From Eremomyces bilateralis CBS 781.70 (taxonomy: Eukaryota): a stretch of 62,589 bases of DNA. The stretch lies in assembly GCA_010015585.1 (NCBI GenBank), contig ML975154.1; one strand, written 5' to 3'. This document shows positions 61,783 to 62,589 of the stretch, one piece after another. Numbering within the stretch: position 1 is the stretch's first letter; each line of letters opens with the position of its first letter. The notes under the pieces were generated by a model, which saw only the letters and a program-made list of their open reading frames with translations, did no database searches and was not told where the DNA came from. The position numbers and the translations under genes were made by a program.

Positions 61783-61923
61783 AAAGGATGCGAAATACAT
61801 TATAAAGGAGGAGAGCGTGAGTGTGTTAAAAAGAAAAGGATGCGAAATGCAATATAAAGAAGGAGAGTAAAGGAGAGGAGGAGAGTAAGAAAGGAAGGAA
61901 AAGATGCAAAATGCATTTAAAAC
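61783..61923. repeat. Three degenerate purine-rich direct repeats (AAAGGATGCGAAATRCAWTATAAAG-like)
   Basis: Copies start at about 61783, 61835 and 61899 inside the inferred PSP1 intron. Confidence 0.6.
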
Positions 61924-62287
61924 ATTAAAATGACAAGGAGAGAGGGAGTAAGAAACGAAACTATACTATATTCTAAGGGATGGAAGTGAAGGAGGAGAGG
62001 ATTATATACTGAAACAGAGGGGGATAGACTATATATAATAAAGAAGGGGGGGGATTCTGCATTGCGAAGACGGCCATGACCGCAATGACGGCGATGTCGG
62101 AATGAAGCCAAGGGAAGAAATGGGAGGAAGAACTGGTGGTGAAACTGAATGAAGCAGGAAAGGAAGGAAAAGGACCTCAGGTAGGAGTCACGGGAATGAC
62201 AATGACATCGCCGTCACATGAAAGGGATGGGCCTTATCATGTGAGGTCGAGTCATGTGAGGTTTGGGTCAGGTGACAGTGTGACTGG

Positions 62288-62589
62288 TAGGGCTGGACAC
62301 GAATATTCGATTACGAATATTCGTACGAATATTCGTAGTCGAATACGAATAAAATTTAGAATTTCCGCTTACTAATATTCGTACGAATAATATTCGCATT
62401 ATTCGTAATTATTCGTAATTATTCGTAAATCTCTGAAGCTATTTCCATGTATCTCGCAGCATCATAAGACGCCTCATAGTCTCTGCACTCATTGAGCTCC
62501 TCCGCACTCCTAAGAGATCTCTTCCCCCACTGAACAGTCTTTCGACTGATACCCCAGATGCTGGTATAGCCAAATAATCTCTGGCAGCT
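62288..62589 (-). mobile_element. hAT-superfamily DNA transposon, 3' end (continues beyond the window)
   Basis: Terminus TAGGGCTGGACAC at 62288-62300 is followed by a dense CGAATA/TATTCG subterminal array to about 62430, then the transposase C-terminus on the minus strand. Confidence 0.9.
62439..62588 (-). CDS. hAT transposase, C-terminal dimerisation domain (partial)
   Basis: AARDYLAIPASGVSVERLFSGGRDLLGVRRSSMSAETMRRLMMLRDTWK* matches the hAT dimerisation motif (A.D.LaIPAsS..sERlFS...RR.sls); open to the window edge. Confidence 0.9.
   Translation of the reverse strand, partial: AARDYLAIPASGVSVERLFSGGRDLLGVRRSSMSAETMRRLMMLRDTWK

Noticed and set aside
62300..62430. Palindromic short-repeat array resembling CRISPR or satellite DNA
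   Set aside because: No unique spacers, eukaryotic context, and it lies between a hAT terminus and a transposase stop, so it is a subterminal repeat.

Overview
Eukaryotic DNA from a filamentous ascomycete (Pezizomycotina-type short GT-AG introns with CTRAY branch points). No rRNA, tRNA or CRISPR was seen. The backbone is housekeeping genes: OPT/YSL-type transporter (partial), ORP1-like hypothetical, double-HKD phospholipase D-like protein, a conserved hypothetical, RAT1/XRN2, USO1, ILS1, a membrane RING-H2 ligase, ADA3, HID1/ECM30, SSL2/XPB, SPE2 (AdoMetDC), CFD1, CYK3, a class III chitin synthase, a DUF218-like gene and the 3' part of a PSP1-domain gene. Decayed gene relics lie between them (possible HET, F-box C-terminus, GH18 chitinase with CBM18, a small coiled-coil gene with two in-frame TAGs). 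The window ends inside a hAT DNA transposon that appears to sit in an intron of the PSP1 gene. The best candidates for undescribed biology are post-transcriptional: a multi-uORF spliced leader on AdoMetDC, a hairpin plus second splice donor in RAT1 intron 1, a 246-nt stop-free in-frame intron in ADA3, and the tandem-TAG gene. Exon structures were derived by hand and checked for frame. Family calls come from motif recognition, not database searches.
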